Source: Eledone cirrhosa
Taxonomy: Eukaryota
Assembly (NCBI GenBank): GCA_964016885.1
Contig: OZ024758.1
Coordinates: 34,162,001 to 34,226,000, forward strand
DNA: 64,000 nucleotides
Reading direction: 5' to 3'
The notes under the pieces were generated by a model. That model did not search any database and was not told where the DNA came from. It worked only from the letters and a program-made list of their open reading frames with translations. The position numbers and the translations under genes were made by a program. Shown in pieces: positions 24,301 to 38,900 of the stretch. Each line of letters starts with the position of its first letter. Position 1 is the stretch's first letter.

Positions 24301-27300
24301 GTTCATGGTACTAGTTGTCAGAAGTAACTCCACTGTTGGTAAGAATTCATTTTAGTTCATGGTATTAGTTGTCAGAAGTACCTCCACTGTTGGTGAGAAT
24401 TCATTTAAGTCTTGGTATTAGTTGTCAGAAGTAACTCCAATGCTGGTGAGAATTCATTTAAGTTCATGGTACTAGCTGTCAGAAGTAACTCCACTGTTGG
24501 TGAGAATTCATTTAAGTTCATGGTATTAGCTGTCAGAAGTAACTCCACTGTTGGTGAGAATTCATTTAAGTCATGGTATTAGCTGTCAGAAGTAACTCCA
24601 TTGTTGGTGAGAATTCATTTAAATCATGGTACTAGCTGTCAGAAGTAACTCCAATGTTGATGAGAATTCATTTAAGTTCATGGTATTAGCTGTCAGAAGT
24701 AACTCCACTGTTGGTGAGAATTCATTTAAGTTCATGGTATTAGCTGTCAGAAGTAACTCCACTGTTGGTGAGAATTCATTTAAGTTCATGGTACTAGCTG
24801 TCAGAAGTAACTCCACTGTTGGTGAGAATTCATTTAAGTTCATGGTATTAGTTTGTCAGAAGTAACTCCACTGTTGGTGAGAATTCATTTAAGTCATGGT
24901 ATTAGTTGTCAGAAGTAACTCCAATGTTGCTGAGAATTCATTTAAGTTCATGGTATTAGCTGTCAGAAGTAACTCCAATGTTGGTGAGAATTCATTTAAG
25001 TTCATGGTATTAGCTGTCAGAAGTAACTCCACTGTTGGTGAGAATTCATTTAAGTCATGGTATTAGCTGTCAGAAGTAACTCCATTGTTGGTGAGAATTC
25101 ATTTAAGTCATGGTACTAGCTGTCAGAAGTAACTCCACTGTTGGTGAGAATTCATTTTAGTTCATGGTACTAGCTGTCAGAAGTAACTCCACTGTTGGTG
25201 AGAATTCATTTAAGTTCATGGTACTAGCTGTCAGAAGTAACTCCACTGTTGGTGAGAATTCATTTAAGTTCATGGTACTAGCTGTCAGAAGTAACTCCAC
25301 TGTTGGTGAGAATTCATTTAAGTTCAAGGTATTAGTTTGTCAGAAGTAACTCCACTGTTGGTGAGAATTCATTTAAGTCATGGTATTAGTTGTCAGAAGT
25401 AACTCCAATGTTGCTGAGAATTCATTTAAGTCATGGTACTAGCTGTCAGAAGTAACTCCAATGTTGGTGAGAATTCATTTACGTTCATGGTATTAGCTCT
25501 CAGAAGTAACTCCACTGTTGGTGAGAATTCATTTAAGTTCATGGTATTAGCTGTCAGAAGTAACTCCACTGTTGGTGAGAATTCATTTAAGTTCATGGTA
25601 TTAGCTGTCAGAAGTAACTCCACTGTTGGTGAGAATTCATTTAAGTTCATGTTATTAGCTGTCAGAAGGAACGCCACTGTTGGTGAGAATTCATTTAAGT
25701 TCATGGTATTAGCTGTCAGAAGTAACTCCACTGTTGGTGAGAATTCATTTAAGTCTTGGTATTAGTTGTCAGAAGTAACTCCAATGTTGGTGAGAATTCA
25801 TTTAAGTTCATGGTACTAGCTGTCAGAAGTAACTCCACTGTTGGTGAGAATTCATTTAAGTTCGTGGTATTAGCTGTCAGAAGTAACTCCACTGTTGGTG
25901 AGAATTCATTTAAGTCATGGTATTAGCTCTCAGAAGTAACTCCATTGTTGGTGAGAATTCATTTAAGTCATGGTACTAGCTGTCAGAAGTAACTCCAATG
26001 TTGATGAGAATTCATTTAAGTTCATGGTATTAGCTGTCAGAAGTAACTCCACTGTTGGTGAGAATTCATTTAAGTTCATGGTATTAGCTGTCAGAAGTAA
26101 CTCCACTGTTGGTGAGAATTCATTTAAGTTCATGGTACTAGCTGTCAGAAGTAACTCCACTGTTGGTGAGAATTCATTTAAGTTCATGGTATTAGTTTGT
26201 CAGAAGTAACTCCACTGTTGGTGAGAATTCATTTAAGTCATGGTATTAGTTGTCAGAAGTAACTCCAATGTTGCTGAGAATTCATTTAAGTTCATGGTAT
26301 TAGCTGTCAGAAGTAACTCCACTGTTTGTGAGAATTCATTTAAGTTCATGGTATTAGCTGTCAGAAGTAACTCCACTGTTGGTGAGAATTCATTTAAGTC
26401 ATGGTATTAGCTGTCAGAAGTAACTCCATTGTTGGTGAGAATTCATTTAAGTCATGGTATTAGTTGTCAGAAGTAACTCCAATGTTGGTGAGAATTCATT
26501 TAAGTCATGGTACTAGCTGTCAGAAGTAACTCCAATGTTGGTGAGAATTCATTTAAGTTCATGGTATTAGCTGTCAGAAGTAACTCCACTGTTGGTGAGA
26601 ATTCATTTAAGTTCATGGTATTAGCTGTCAGAAGTAACTCCACTGTTGGTGAGAATTCATTTAAGTTCATGGTACTAGCTGTCAGAAGTAACTCCACTGT
26701 TGGTGAGAATTCATTTAAGTTCATGGTATTAGCTGTCAGAAGTAACTCCAATGTTGGTGAGAATTCATTTAAGTCTTGGTATTAGCTGTCAGAAGTAACT
26801 CCACTGTTGGTGAGAATTCATTTAAGTTCATGGTATTAGCTGTCAGAAGTAACTCCACTGTTGGTGAGAATTCATTTAAGTTCATGGTACTAGCTGTCAG
26901 AAGTAACTCCACTGTTGGTGAGAATTCATTTAAGTTCATGGTACTAGCTGTCAGAAGTAACTCCACTGTTGGTGAGAATTCATTTAAGTTCATGGTACTA
27001 GCTGTCAGAAGTAACTCCAATGTTGGTGAGAATTCATTTAAGTTCATGGTATTAGCTATCAGAAGTAACTCCACTGTTGGTGAGAATTCATTTAAGTTCA
27101 TGGTACTAGCTGTCAGAAGTAACTCCACTGTTGGTGAGAATTCATTTAAGTTCATGGTATTAGCTGTCAGAAGTCACTCCAATGTTGGTGAGAATTCATT
27201 TATGTTCGTGGTATTAGCTGTCAGAAGTAACTCCACTGTTGGTGAGAATTCATTTAAGTTCATGGTATTAGCTGTCAGAAGTAACTCCACTGTTGGTGAG

Positions 27301-30300
27301 AATTCATTTAAGTTCATTGTATTAGCTGTCAGAAGTAACTTCACTGTTGGTGAGAATTCATTTAAGTTCATGGTATTAGCTGTCAGAAGGAACTCCAATG
27401 CTGGTGAGAATTCATTTAAGTTCATGGTACTAGCTGTCAGAAGTAACTCCACTGTTGGTGAGAATTCATTTAAGTTCATGGTATTAGCTGTCAGAAGTAA
27501 CTCCACTGTTGGTGAGAATTCATTTAAGTCATGGTATTAGCTGTCAGAAGTAACTCCACTGTTGGTGAGAATTCATTTAAGTCATGGTACTAGCTGTCAG
27601 AAGTAACTCCAATGTTGATGAGAATTCATTTAAGTTCATGGTATTAGCTGTCAGAAGTAACTCCACTGTTGGTGAGAATTCATTTAAGTTCATGGTATTA
27701 GCTGTCAGAAGTAACTCCACTGTTGGTGAGAATTCATTTAAGTTCATGGTACTAGCTGTCAGAAGTAACTCCACTGTTGGTGAGAATTCATTTAAGTTCA
27801 TGGTATTAGTTTGTCAGAAGTAACTCCACTGTTGGTGAGAATTCATTTAAGTCATGGTATTAGTTGTCAGAAGTAACTCCAATGTTGCTGAGAATTCATT
27901 TAAGTTCATGGTATTAGCTGTCAGAAGTAACTCCAATGTTGGTGAGAATTCATTTAAGTTCATGGTATTAGCTGTCAGAAGTAACTCCACTGTTGGTGAG
28001 AATTCATTTTAGTCATGGTATTAGCTGTCAGAAGTAACTCCATTGTTGGTGAGAATTCATTTAAGTCATGGTACTAGCTGTCAGAAGTAACTCCACTGTT
28101 GGTGAGAATTCATTTTAGTTCATGGTACTAGCTGTCAGAAGTAACTCCACTGTTGGTGAGAATTCATTTAAGTTCATGGTACTAGCTGTCAGAAGTAACT
28201 CCACTGTTGGTGAGAATTCATTTAAGTTCATGGTACTAGCTGTCAGAAGTAACTCCACTGTTGGTGAGAATTCATTTAAGTTCAAGGTATTAGTTTGTCA
28301 GAAGTAACTCCACTGTTGGTGAGAATTCATTTAAGTCATGGTATTAGTTGTCAGAAGTAACTCCAATGTTGGTGAGAATTCATTTAAGTCATGGTACTAG
28401 CTGTCAGAAGTAACTCCAATGTTGGTGAGAATTCATTTACGTTCATGGTATTAGCTCTCAGAAGTAACTCCACTGTTGGTGAGAATTCATTTAAGTTCAT
28501 GGTATTAGCTGTCAGAAGTAACTCCACTGTTGGTGAGAATTCATTTAAGTTCATGGTATTAGCTGTCAGAAGTAACTCCACTGTTGGTGAGAATTCATTT
28601 AAGTTCATGGTATTAGCTGTTAGAAGGAACTCCAATGTTGGTGAGAATTCATTTAAGTCATGGTACTAGCTGTCAGAAGTAACTCCACTGTTGGTGAGAA
28701 TTCATTTAAGTTCATGTTATTAGCTGTCAGAAGGAACGCCACTGTTGGTGAGAATTCATTTAAGTTCATGGTATTAGCTGTCAGAAGTAACTCCACTGTT
28801 GGTGAGAATTCATTTAAGTCTTGGTATTAGTTGTCAGAAGTAACTCCAATGTTGGTGAGAATTCATTTAAGTTCATGGTACTAGCTGTCAGAAGTAACTC
28901 CACTGTTGGTGAGAATTCATTTAAGTTCGTGGTATTAGCTGTCAGAAGTAACTCCACTGTTGGTGAGAATTCATTTAAGTCATGGTATTAGCTCTCAGAA
29001 GTAACTCCATTGTTGGTGAGAATTCATTTAAGTCATGGTACTAGCTGTCAGAAGTAACTCCAATGTTGATGAGAATTCATTTAAGTTCATGGTATTAGCT
29101 GTCAGAAGTAACTCCACTGTTGGTGAGAATTCATTTAAGTTCATGGTATTAGCTGTCAGAAGTAACTCCACTGTTGGTGAGAATTCATTTAAGTTCATGG
29201 TACTAGCTGTCAGAAGTAACTCCACTGTTGGTGAGAATTCATTTAAGTTCATGGTATTAGTTTGTCAGAAGTAACTCCACTGTTGGTGAGAATTCATTTA
29301 AGTCATGGTATTAGTTGTCAGAAGTAACTCCAATGTTGCTGAGAATTCATTTAAGTTCATGGTATTAGCTGTCAGAAGTAACTCCACTGTTTGTGAGAAT
29401 TCATTTAAGTTCATGGTATTAGCTGTCAGAAGTAACTCCACTGTTGGTGAGAATTCATTTAAGTCATGGTATTAGCTGTCAGAAGTAACTCCATTGTTGG
29501 TGAGAATTCATTTAAGTCATGGTATTAGTTGTCAGAAGTAACTCCAATGTTGGTGAGAATTCATTTAAGTCATGGTACTAGCTGTCAGAAGTAACTCCAA
29601 TGTTGGTGAGAATTCATTTAAGTTCATGGTATTAGCTGTCAGAAGTAACTCCACTGTTGGTGAGAATTCATTTAAGTTCATGGTATTAGCTGTCAGAAGT
29701 AACTCCACTGTTGGTGAGAATTCATTTAAGTTCATGGTACTAGCTGTCAGAAGTAACTCCACTGTTGGTGAGAATTCATTTAAGTTCATGGTATTAGCTG
29801 TCAGAAGTAACTCCAATGTTGGTGAGAATTCATTTAAGTCTTGGTATTAGCTGTCAGAAGTAACTCCACTGTTGGTGAGAATTCATTTAAGTTCATGGTA
29901 TTAGCTGTCAGAAGTAACTCCACTGTTGGTGAGAATTCATTTAAGTTCATGGTACTAGCTGTCAGAAGTAACTCCACTGTTGGTGAGAATTCATTTAAGT
30001 TCATGGTACTAGCTGTCAGAAGTAACTCCACTGTTGGTGAGAATTCATTTAAGTTCATGGTACTAGCTGTCAGAAGTAACTCCAATGTTGGTGAGAATTC
30101 ATTTAAGTTCATGGTATTAGCTATCAGAAGTAACTCCACTGTTGGTGAGAATTCATTTAAGTTCATGGTACTAGCTGTCAGAAGTAACTCCACTGTTGGT
30201 GAGAATTCATTTAAGTTCATGGTATTAGCTGTCAGAAGTCACTCCAATGTTGGTGAGAATTCATTTAAGTTCGTGGTATTAGCTGTCAGAAGTAACTCCA

Positions 30301-30406
30301 CTGTTGGTGAGAATTCATTTAAGTTCATGGTATTAGCTGTCAGAAGTAACTCCACTGTTGGTGAGAATTCATTTAAGTTCATGGTATTAGCTGTCAGAAG
30401 TAACTT

Positions 30407-33400
30407 CACTGTTGGTGAGAATTCATTTAAGTTCATGGTATTAGCTGTCAGAAGGAACTCCAATGTTGGTGAGAATTCATTTAAGTCATGGTACTAGCTG
30501 TCAGAAGTAACTCCACTGTTGGTGAGAATTCATTTAAGTTCATGGTACTAGCTGTCAGAAGTAACTCCAATGTTGGTGAGAATTCATTTAAGTTCATGGT
30601 ATTAGCTGTCAGAAGGTACTCCACTGTTGGTGAGAATTCATTTAAGTTCATGGTATTAGCTGTCAGAAGTAAGTCCACTGTTGGTGAGAATTCATTTAAG
30701 TTCATGGTACTAGTTGTCAGAAGTAACTCCACTGTTGGTAAGAATTCATTTTAGTTCATGGTATTAGTTGTCAGAAGTAACTCCACTGTTGGTGAGAATT
30801 CATTTAAGTCTTGGTATTAGTTGTCAGAAGTAACTCCAATGTTGGTGAGAATTCATTTAAGTTCATGGTACTAGCTGTCAGAAGTAACTCCACTGTTGGT
30901 GAGAATTCATTTAAGTTCATGGTATTAGCTGACAGAAGTAACTCCACTGTTGGTGAGAATTCATTTAAGTCATGGTATTAGCTGTCAGAAGTAACTCCAT
31001 TGTTGGTGAGAATTCATTTAAGTCATGGTACTAGCTGTCAGAAGTAACTCCAATGTTGATGAGAATTCATTTAAGTTCATGGTATTAGCTGTCAGAAGTA
31101 ACTCCACTGTTGGTGAGAATTCATTTAAGTTCATGGTATTAGCTGTCAGAAGTAACTCCACTGTTGGTGAGAATTCATTTAAGTTCATGGTACTAGCTGT
31201 CAGAAGTAACTCCACTGTTGGTGAGAATTCATTTAAGTTCATGGTATTAGTTTGTCAGAAGTAACTCCACTGTTGGTGAGAATTCATTTAAGTCATGGTA
31301 TTAGTTGTCAGAAGTAACTCCAATGTTGCTGAGAATTCATTTAAGTTCATGGTATTAGCTGTCAGAAGTAACTCCACTGTTTGTGAGAATTCATTTAAGT
31401 TCATGGTATTAGCTGTCAGAAGTAACTCCACTGTTGGTGAGAATTCATTTAAGTCATGGTATTAGCTGTCAGAAGTAACTCCATTGTTGGTGAGAATTCA
31501 TTTAAGTCATGGTATTAGTTGTCAGAAGTAACTCCAATGTTGGTGAGAATTCATTTAAGTCATGGTACTAGCTGTCAGAAGTAACTCCAATGTTGGTGAG
31601 AATTCATTTAAGTTCATGGTACTAGCTGTCAGAAGTAACTCCACTGTTGGTGAGAATTCATTTAAGTTCATGGTATTAGCTGTCAGAAGTAACTCCACTG
31701 TTGGTGAGAATTCATTTAAGTCATGGTATTAGCTGTCAGAAGTAACTCCACTGTTGGTGAGAATTCATTTAAGTCATGGTACTAGCTGTCAGAAGTAACT
31801 CCAATGTTGATGAGAATTCATTTAAGTTCATGGTATTAGCTGTCAGAAGTAACTCCACTGTTGGTGAGAATTCATTTAAGTTCATGGTATTAGCTGTCAG
31901 AAGTAACTCCACTGTTGGTGAGAATTCATTTAAGTTCATGGTACTAGCTGTCAGAAGTAACTCCACTGTTGGTGAGAATTCATTTAAGTTCATGGTATTA
32001 GTTTGTCAGAAGTAACTCCACTGTTGGTGAGAATTCATTTAAGTCATGGTATTAGTTGTCAGAAGTAACTCCAATGTTGCTGAGAATTCATTTAAGTTCA
32101 TGGTATTAGCTGTCAGAAGTAACTCCAATGTTGGTGAGAATTCATTTAAGTTCATGGTATTAGCTGTCAGAAGTAACTCCACTGTTGGTGAGAATTCATT
32201 TTAGTCATGGTATTAGCTGTCAGAAGTAACTCCATTGTTGGTGAGAATTCATTTAAGTCATGGTACTAGCTGTCAGAAGTAACTCCACTGTTGGTGAGAA
32301 TTCATTTTAGTTCATGGTACTAGCTGTCAGAAGTAACTCCACTGTTGGTGAGAATTCATTTAAGTTCATGGTACTAGCTGTCAGAAGTAACTCCACTGTT
32401 GGTGAGAATTCATTTAAGTTCATGGTACTAGCTGTCAGAAGTAACTCCACTGTTGGTGAGAATTCATTTAAGTTCAAGGTATTAGTTTGTCAGAAGTAAC
32501 TCCACTGTTGGTGAGAATTCATTTAAGTCATGGTATTAGTTGTCAGAAGTAACTCCAATGTTGGTGAGAATTCATTTAAGTCATGGTACTAGCTGTCAGA
32601 AGTAACTCCAATGTTGGTGAGAATTCATTTACGTTCATGGTATTAGCTCTCAGAAGTAACTCCACTGTTGGTGAGAATTCATTTAAGTTCATGGTATTAG
32701 CTGTCAGAAGTAACTCCACTGTTGGTGAGAATTCATTTAAGTTCATGGTATTAGCTGTCAGAAGTAACTCCACTGTTGGTGAGAATTCATTTAAGTTCAT
32801 GGTATTAGCTGTCAGAAGGAACTCCAATGTTGGTGAGAATTCATTTAAGTCATGGTACTAGCTGTCAGAAGTAACTCCACTGTTGGTGAGAATTCATTTA
32901 AGTTCATGTTATTAGCTGTCAGAAGGAACGCCACTGTTGGTGAGAATTCATTTAAGTTCATGGTATTAGCTGTCAGAAGTAACTCCACTGTTGGTGAGAA
33001 TTCATTTAAGTCTTGGTATTAGTTGTCAGAAGTAACTCCAATGTTGGTGAGAATTCATTTAAGTTCATGGTACTAGCTGTCAGAAGTAACTCCACTGTTG
33101 GTGAGAATTCATTTAAGTTCATGGTATTAGCTGTCAGAAGTAACTCCACTGTTGGTGAGAATTCATTTAAGTTCATGGTATTAGCTGTCAGAAGGAACTC
33201 CAATGTTGGTGAGAATTCATTTAAGTCATGGTACTAGCTGTCAGAAGTAACTCCACTGTTGGTGAGAATTCATTTAAGTTCATGGTACTAGCTGTCAGAA
33301 GTAACTCCAATGTTGGTGAGAATTCATTTAAGTTCATGGTATTAGCTGTCAGAAGGTACTCCACTGTTGGTGAGAATTCATTTAAGTTCATGGTATTAGC

Positions 33401-35860
33401 TGTCAGAAGTAAGTCCACTGTTGGTGAGAATTCATTTAAGTTCATGGTACTAGTTGTCAGAAGTAACTCCACTGTTGGTAAGAATTCATTTTAGTTCATG
33501 GTATTAGTTGTCAGAAGTAACTCCACTGTTGGTGAGAATTCATTTAAGTCTTGGTATTAGTTGTCAGAAGTAACTCCAATGTTGGTGAGAATTCATTTAA
33601 GTTCATGGTACTAGCTGTCAGAAGTAACTCCACTGTTGGTGAGAATTCATTTAAGTTCATGGTATTAGCTGACAGAAGTAACTCCACTGTTGGTGAGAAT
33701 TCATTTAAGCCATGGTATTAGCTGTCAGAAGTAACTCCATTGTTGGTGAGAATTCATTTAAGTCATGGTACTAGCTGTCAGAAGTAACTCCAATGTTGAT
33801 GAGAATTCATTTAAGTTCATGGTATTAGCTGTCAGAAGTAACTCCACTGTTGGTGAGAATTCATTTAAGTTCATGGTATTAGCTGTCAGAAGTAACTCCA
33901 CTGTTGGTGAGAATTCATTTAAGTTCATGGTACTAGCTGTCAGAAGTAACTCCACTGTTGGTGAGAATTCATTTAAGTTCATGGTATTAGTTTGTCAGAA
34001 GTAACTCCACTGTTGGTGAGAATTCATTTAAGTCATGGTATTAGTTGTCAGAAGTAACTCCAATGTTGCTGAGAATTCATTTAAGTTCATGGTATTAGCT
34101 GTCAGAAGTAACTCCACTGTTTGTGAGAATTCATTTAAGTTCATGGTATTAGCTGTCAGAAGTAACTCCACTGTTGGTGAGAATTCATTTAAGTCATGGT
34201 ATTAGCTGTCAGAAGTAACTCCATTGTTGGTGAGAATTCATTTAAGTCATGGTATTAGTTGTCAGAAGTAACTCCAATGTTGGTGAGAATTCATTTAAGT
34301 CATGGTACTAGCTGTCAGAAGTAACTCCAATGTTGGTGAGAATTCATTTAAGTTCATGGTACTAGCTGTCAGAAGTAACTCCACTGTTGGTGAGAATTCA
34401 TTTAAGTTCATGGTATTAGCTGTCAGAAGTAACTCCACTGTTGGTGAGAATTCATTTAAGTCATGGTATTAGCTGTCAGAAGTAACTCCACTGTTGGTGA
34501 GAATTCATTTAAGTCATGGTACTAGCTGTCAGAAGTAACTCCAATGTTAATGAGAATTCATTTAAGTTCATGGTATTAGCTGTCAGAAGTAACTCCACTG
34601 TTGGTGAGAATTCATTTAAGTTCATGGTATTAGCTGTCAGAAGTAACTCCACTGTTGGTGAGAATTCATTTAAGTTCATGGTACTAGCTGTCAGAAGTAA
34701 CTCCACTGTTGGTGAGAATTCATTTAAGTTCATGGTATTAGTTTGTCAGAAGTAACTCCACTGTTGGTGAGAATTCATTTAAGTCATGGTATTAGTTGTC
34801 AGAAGTAACTCCAATGTTGCTGAGAATTCATTTAAGTTCATGGTATTAGCTGTCAGAAGTAACTCCAATGTTGGTGAGAATTCATTTAAGTTCATGGTAT
34901 TAGCTGTCAGAAGTAACTCCACTGTTGGTGAGAATTCATTTTAGTCATGGTATTAGCTGTCAGAAGTAACTCCATTGTTGGTGAGAATTCATTTAAGTCA
35001 TGGTACTAGCTGTCAGAAGTAACTCCACTGTTGGTGAGAATTCATTTTAGTTCATGGTACTAGCTGTCAGAAGTAACTCCACTGTTGGTGAGAATTCATT
35101 TAAGTTCATGGTACTAGCTGTCAGAAGTAACTCCACTGTTGGTGAGAATTCATTTAAGTTCATGGTACTAGCTGTCAGAAGTAACTCCACTGTTGGTGAG
35201 AATTCATTTAAGTTCAAGGTATTAGTTTGTCAGAAGTAACTCCACTGTTGGTGAGAATTCATTTAAGTCATGGTATTAGTTGTCAGAAGTAACTCCAATG
35301 TTGGTGAGAATTCATTTAAGTCATGGTACTAGCTGTCAGAAGTAACTCCAATGTTGGTGAGAATTCATTTACGTTCATGGTATTAGCTCTCAGAAGTAAC
35401 TCCACTGTTGGTGAGAATTCATTTAAGTTCATGGTATTAGCTGTCAGAAGTAACTCCACTGTTGGTGAGAATTCATTTAAGTTCATGGTATTAGCTGTCA
35501 GAAGTAACTCCACTGTTGGTGAGAATTCATTTAAGTTCATGGTATTAGCTGTCAGAAGGAACTCCAATGTTGGTGAGAATTCATTTAAGTCATGGTACTA
35601 GCTGTCAGAAGTAACTCCACTGTTGGTGAGAATTCATTTAAGTTCATGTTATTAGCTGTCAGAAGGAACGCCACTGTTGGTGAGAATTCATTTAAGTTCA
35701 TGGTATTAGCTGTCAGAAGTAACTCCACTGTTGGTGAGAATTCATTTAAGTCTTGGTATTAGTTGTCAGAAGTAACTCCAATGTTGGTGAGAATTCATTT
35801 AAGTTCATGGTACTAGCTGTCAGAAGTAACTCCACTGTTGGTGAGAATTCATTTAAGTTC
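30407..35860. repeat. 2,740-bp tandem duplication (~51 monomers)
   Basis: ORF offsets 30488/33228, 31025/33765, 31776/34516, 32314/35054 and 32583/35323 all equal 2740. The second copy has private changes at 33710 (aagcc) and 34549 (gttaatg). Confidence 0.85.
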
Positions 35861-35959
35861 GTGGTATTAGCTGTCAGAAGTAACTCCACTGTTGGTGAGA
35901 ATTCATTTAAGTCATGGTATTAGCTCTCAGAAGTAACTCCATTGTTGGTGAGAATTCAT

Positions 35960-38900
35960 TTAAGTCATGGTACTAGCTGTCAGAAGTAACTCCAATGTTG
36001 ATGAGAATTCATTTAAGTTCATGGTATTAGCTGTCAGAAGTAACTCCACTGTTGGTGAGAATTCATTTAAGTTCATGGTATTAGCTGTCAGAAGTAACTC
36101 CACTGTTGGTGAGAATTCATTTAAGTTCATGGTACTAGCTGTCAGAAGTAACTCCACTGTTGGTGAGAATTCATTTAAGTTCATGGTATTAGTTTGTCAG
36201 AAGTAACTCCACTGTTGGTGAGAATTCATTTAAGTCATGGTATTAGTTGTCAGAAGTAACTCCAATGTTGCTGAGAATTCATTTAAGTTCATGGTATTAG
36301 CTGTCAGAAGTAACTCCACTGTTTGTGAGAATTCATTTAAGTTCATGGTATTAGCTGTCAGAAGTAACTCCACTGTTGGTGAGAATTCATTTAAGTCATG
36401 ATATTAGCTGTCAGAAGTAACTCCATTGTTGGTGAGAATTCATTTAAGTCATGGTATTAGTTGTCAGAAGTAACTCCAATGTTGGTGAGAATTCATTTAA
36501 GTCATGGTACTAGCTGTCAGAAGTAACTCCAATGTTGGTGAGAATTCATTTAAGTTCATGGTATTAGCTGTCAGAAGTAACTCCACTGTTGGTGAGAATT
36601 CATTTAAGTTCATGGTATTAGCTGTCAGAAGTAACTCCACTGTTGGTGAGAATTCATTTAAGTTCCTGGTACTAGCTGTCAGAAGTAACTCCACTGTTGG
36701 TGAGAATTCATTTAAGTTCATGGTATTAGCTGTCAGAAGTAACTCCAATGTTGGTGAGAATTCATTTAAGTCTTGGTATTAGCTGTCAGAAGTAACTCCA
36801 CTGTTGGTGAGAATTCATTTAAGTTCATGGTATTAGCTGTCAGAAGTAACTCCACTGTTGGTGAGAATTCATTTAAGTTCATGGTACTAGCTGTCAGAAG
36901 TAACTCCACTGTTGGTGAGAATTCATTTAAGTTCATGGTACTAGCTGTCAGAAGTAACTCCACTGTTGGTGAGAATTCATTTAAGTTCATGGTACTAGCT
37001 GTCAGAAGTAACTCCAATGTTGGTGAGAATTCATTTAAGTTCATGGTATTAGCTATCAGAAGTAACTCCACTGTTGGTGAGAATTCATTTAAGTTCATGG
37101 TACTAGCTGTCAGAAGTAACTCCACTGTTGGTGAGAATTCATTTAAGTTCATGGTATTAGCTGTCAGAAGTCACTCCAATGTTGGTGAGAATTCATTTAA
37201 GTTCGTGGTATTAGCTGTCAGAAGTAACTCCACTGTTGGTGAGAATTCATTTAAGTTCATGGTATTAGCTGTCAGAAGTAACTCCACTGTTGGTGAGAAT
37301 TCATTTAAGTTCATGGTATTAGCTGTCAGAAGTAACTTCACTGTTGGTGAGAATTCATTTAAGTTCATGGTATTAGCTGTCAGAAGGAACTCCAATGTTG
37401 GTGAGAATTCATTTAAGTCATGGTACTAGCTGTCAGAAGTAACTCCACTGTTGGTGAGAATTCATTTAAGTTCATGGTACTAGCTGTCAGAAGTAACTCC
37501 AATGTTGGTGAGAATTCATTTAAGTTCATGGTATTAGCTGTCAGAAGGTACTCCACTGTTGGTGAGAATTCATTTAAGTTCATGGTATTAGCTGTCAGAA
37601 GTAAGTCCACTGTTGGTGAGAATTCATTTAAGTTCATGGTACTAGTTGTCAGAAGTAACTCCACTGTTGGTAAGAATTCATTTTAGTTCATGGTATTAGT
37701 TGTCAGAAGTAACTCCACTGTTGGTGAGAATTCATTTAAGTCTTGGTATTAGTTGTCAGAAGTAACTCCAATGTTGGTGAGAATTCATTTAAGTTCATGG
37801 TACTAGCTGTCAGAAGTAACTCCACTGTTGGTGAGAATTCATTTAAGTTCATGGTATTAGCTGACAGAAGTAACTCCACTGTTGGTGAGAATTCATTTAA
37901 GTCATGGTATTAGCTGTCAGAAGTAACTCCATTGTTGGTGAGAATTCATTTAAGTCATGGTACTAGCTGTCAGAAGTAACTCCAATGTTGATGAGAATTC
38001 ATTTAAGTTCATGGTATTAGCTGTCAGAAGTAACTCCACTGTTGGTGAGAATTCATTTAAGTTCATGGTATTAGCTGTCAGAAGTAACTCCACTGTTGGT
38101 GAGAATTCATTTAAGTTCATGGTACTAGCTGTCAGAAGTAACTCCACTGTTGGTGAGAATTCATTTAAGTTCATGGTATTAGTTTGTCAGAAGTAACTCC
38201 ACTGTTGGTGAGAATTCATTTAAGTCATGGTATTAGTTGTCAGAAGTAACTCCAATGTTGCTGAGAATTCATTTAAGTTCATGGTATTAGCTGTCAGAAG
38301 TAACTCCACTGTTTGTGAGAATTCATTTAAGTTCATGGTATTAGCTGTCAGAAGTAACTCCACTGTTGGTGAGAATTCATTTAAGTCATGGTATTAGCTG
38401 TCAGAAGTAACTCCATTGTTGGTGAGAATTCATTTAAGTCATGGTATTAGTTGTCAGAAGTAACTCCAATGTTGGTGAGAATTCATTTAAGTCATGGTAC
38501 TAGCTGTCAGAAGTAACTCCAATGTTGGTGAGAATTCATTTAAGTTCATGGTATTAGCTGTCAGAAGTAACTCCACTGTTGGTGAGAATTCATTTAAGTT
38601 CATGGTATTAGCTGTCAGAAGTAACTCCACTGTTGGTGAGAATTCATTTAAGTTCATGGTACTAGCTGTCAGAAGTAACTCCACTGTTGGTGAGAATTCA
38701 TTTAAGTTCATGGTATTAGCTGTCAGAAGTAACTCCAATGTTGGTGAGAATTCATTTAAGTCTTGGTATTAGCTGTCAGAAGTAACTCCACTGTTGGTGA
38801 GAATTCATTTAAGTTCATGGTATTAGCTGTCAGAAGTAACTCCACTGTTGGTGAGAATTCATTTAAGTTCATGGTACTAGCTGTCAGAAGTAACTCCACT

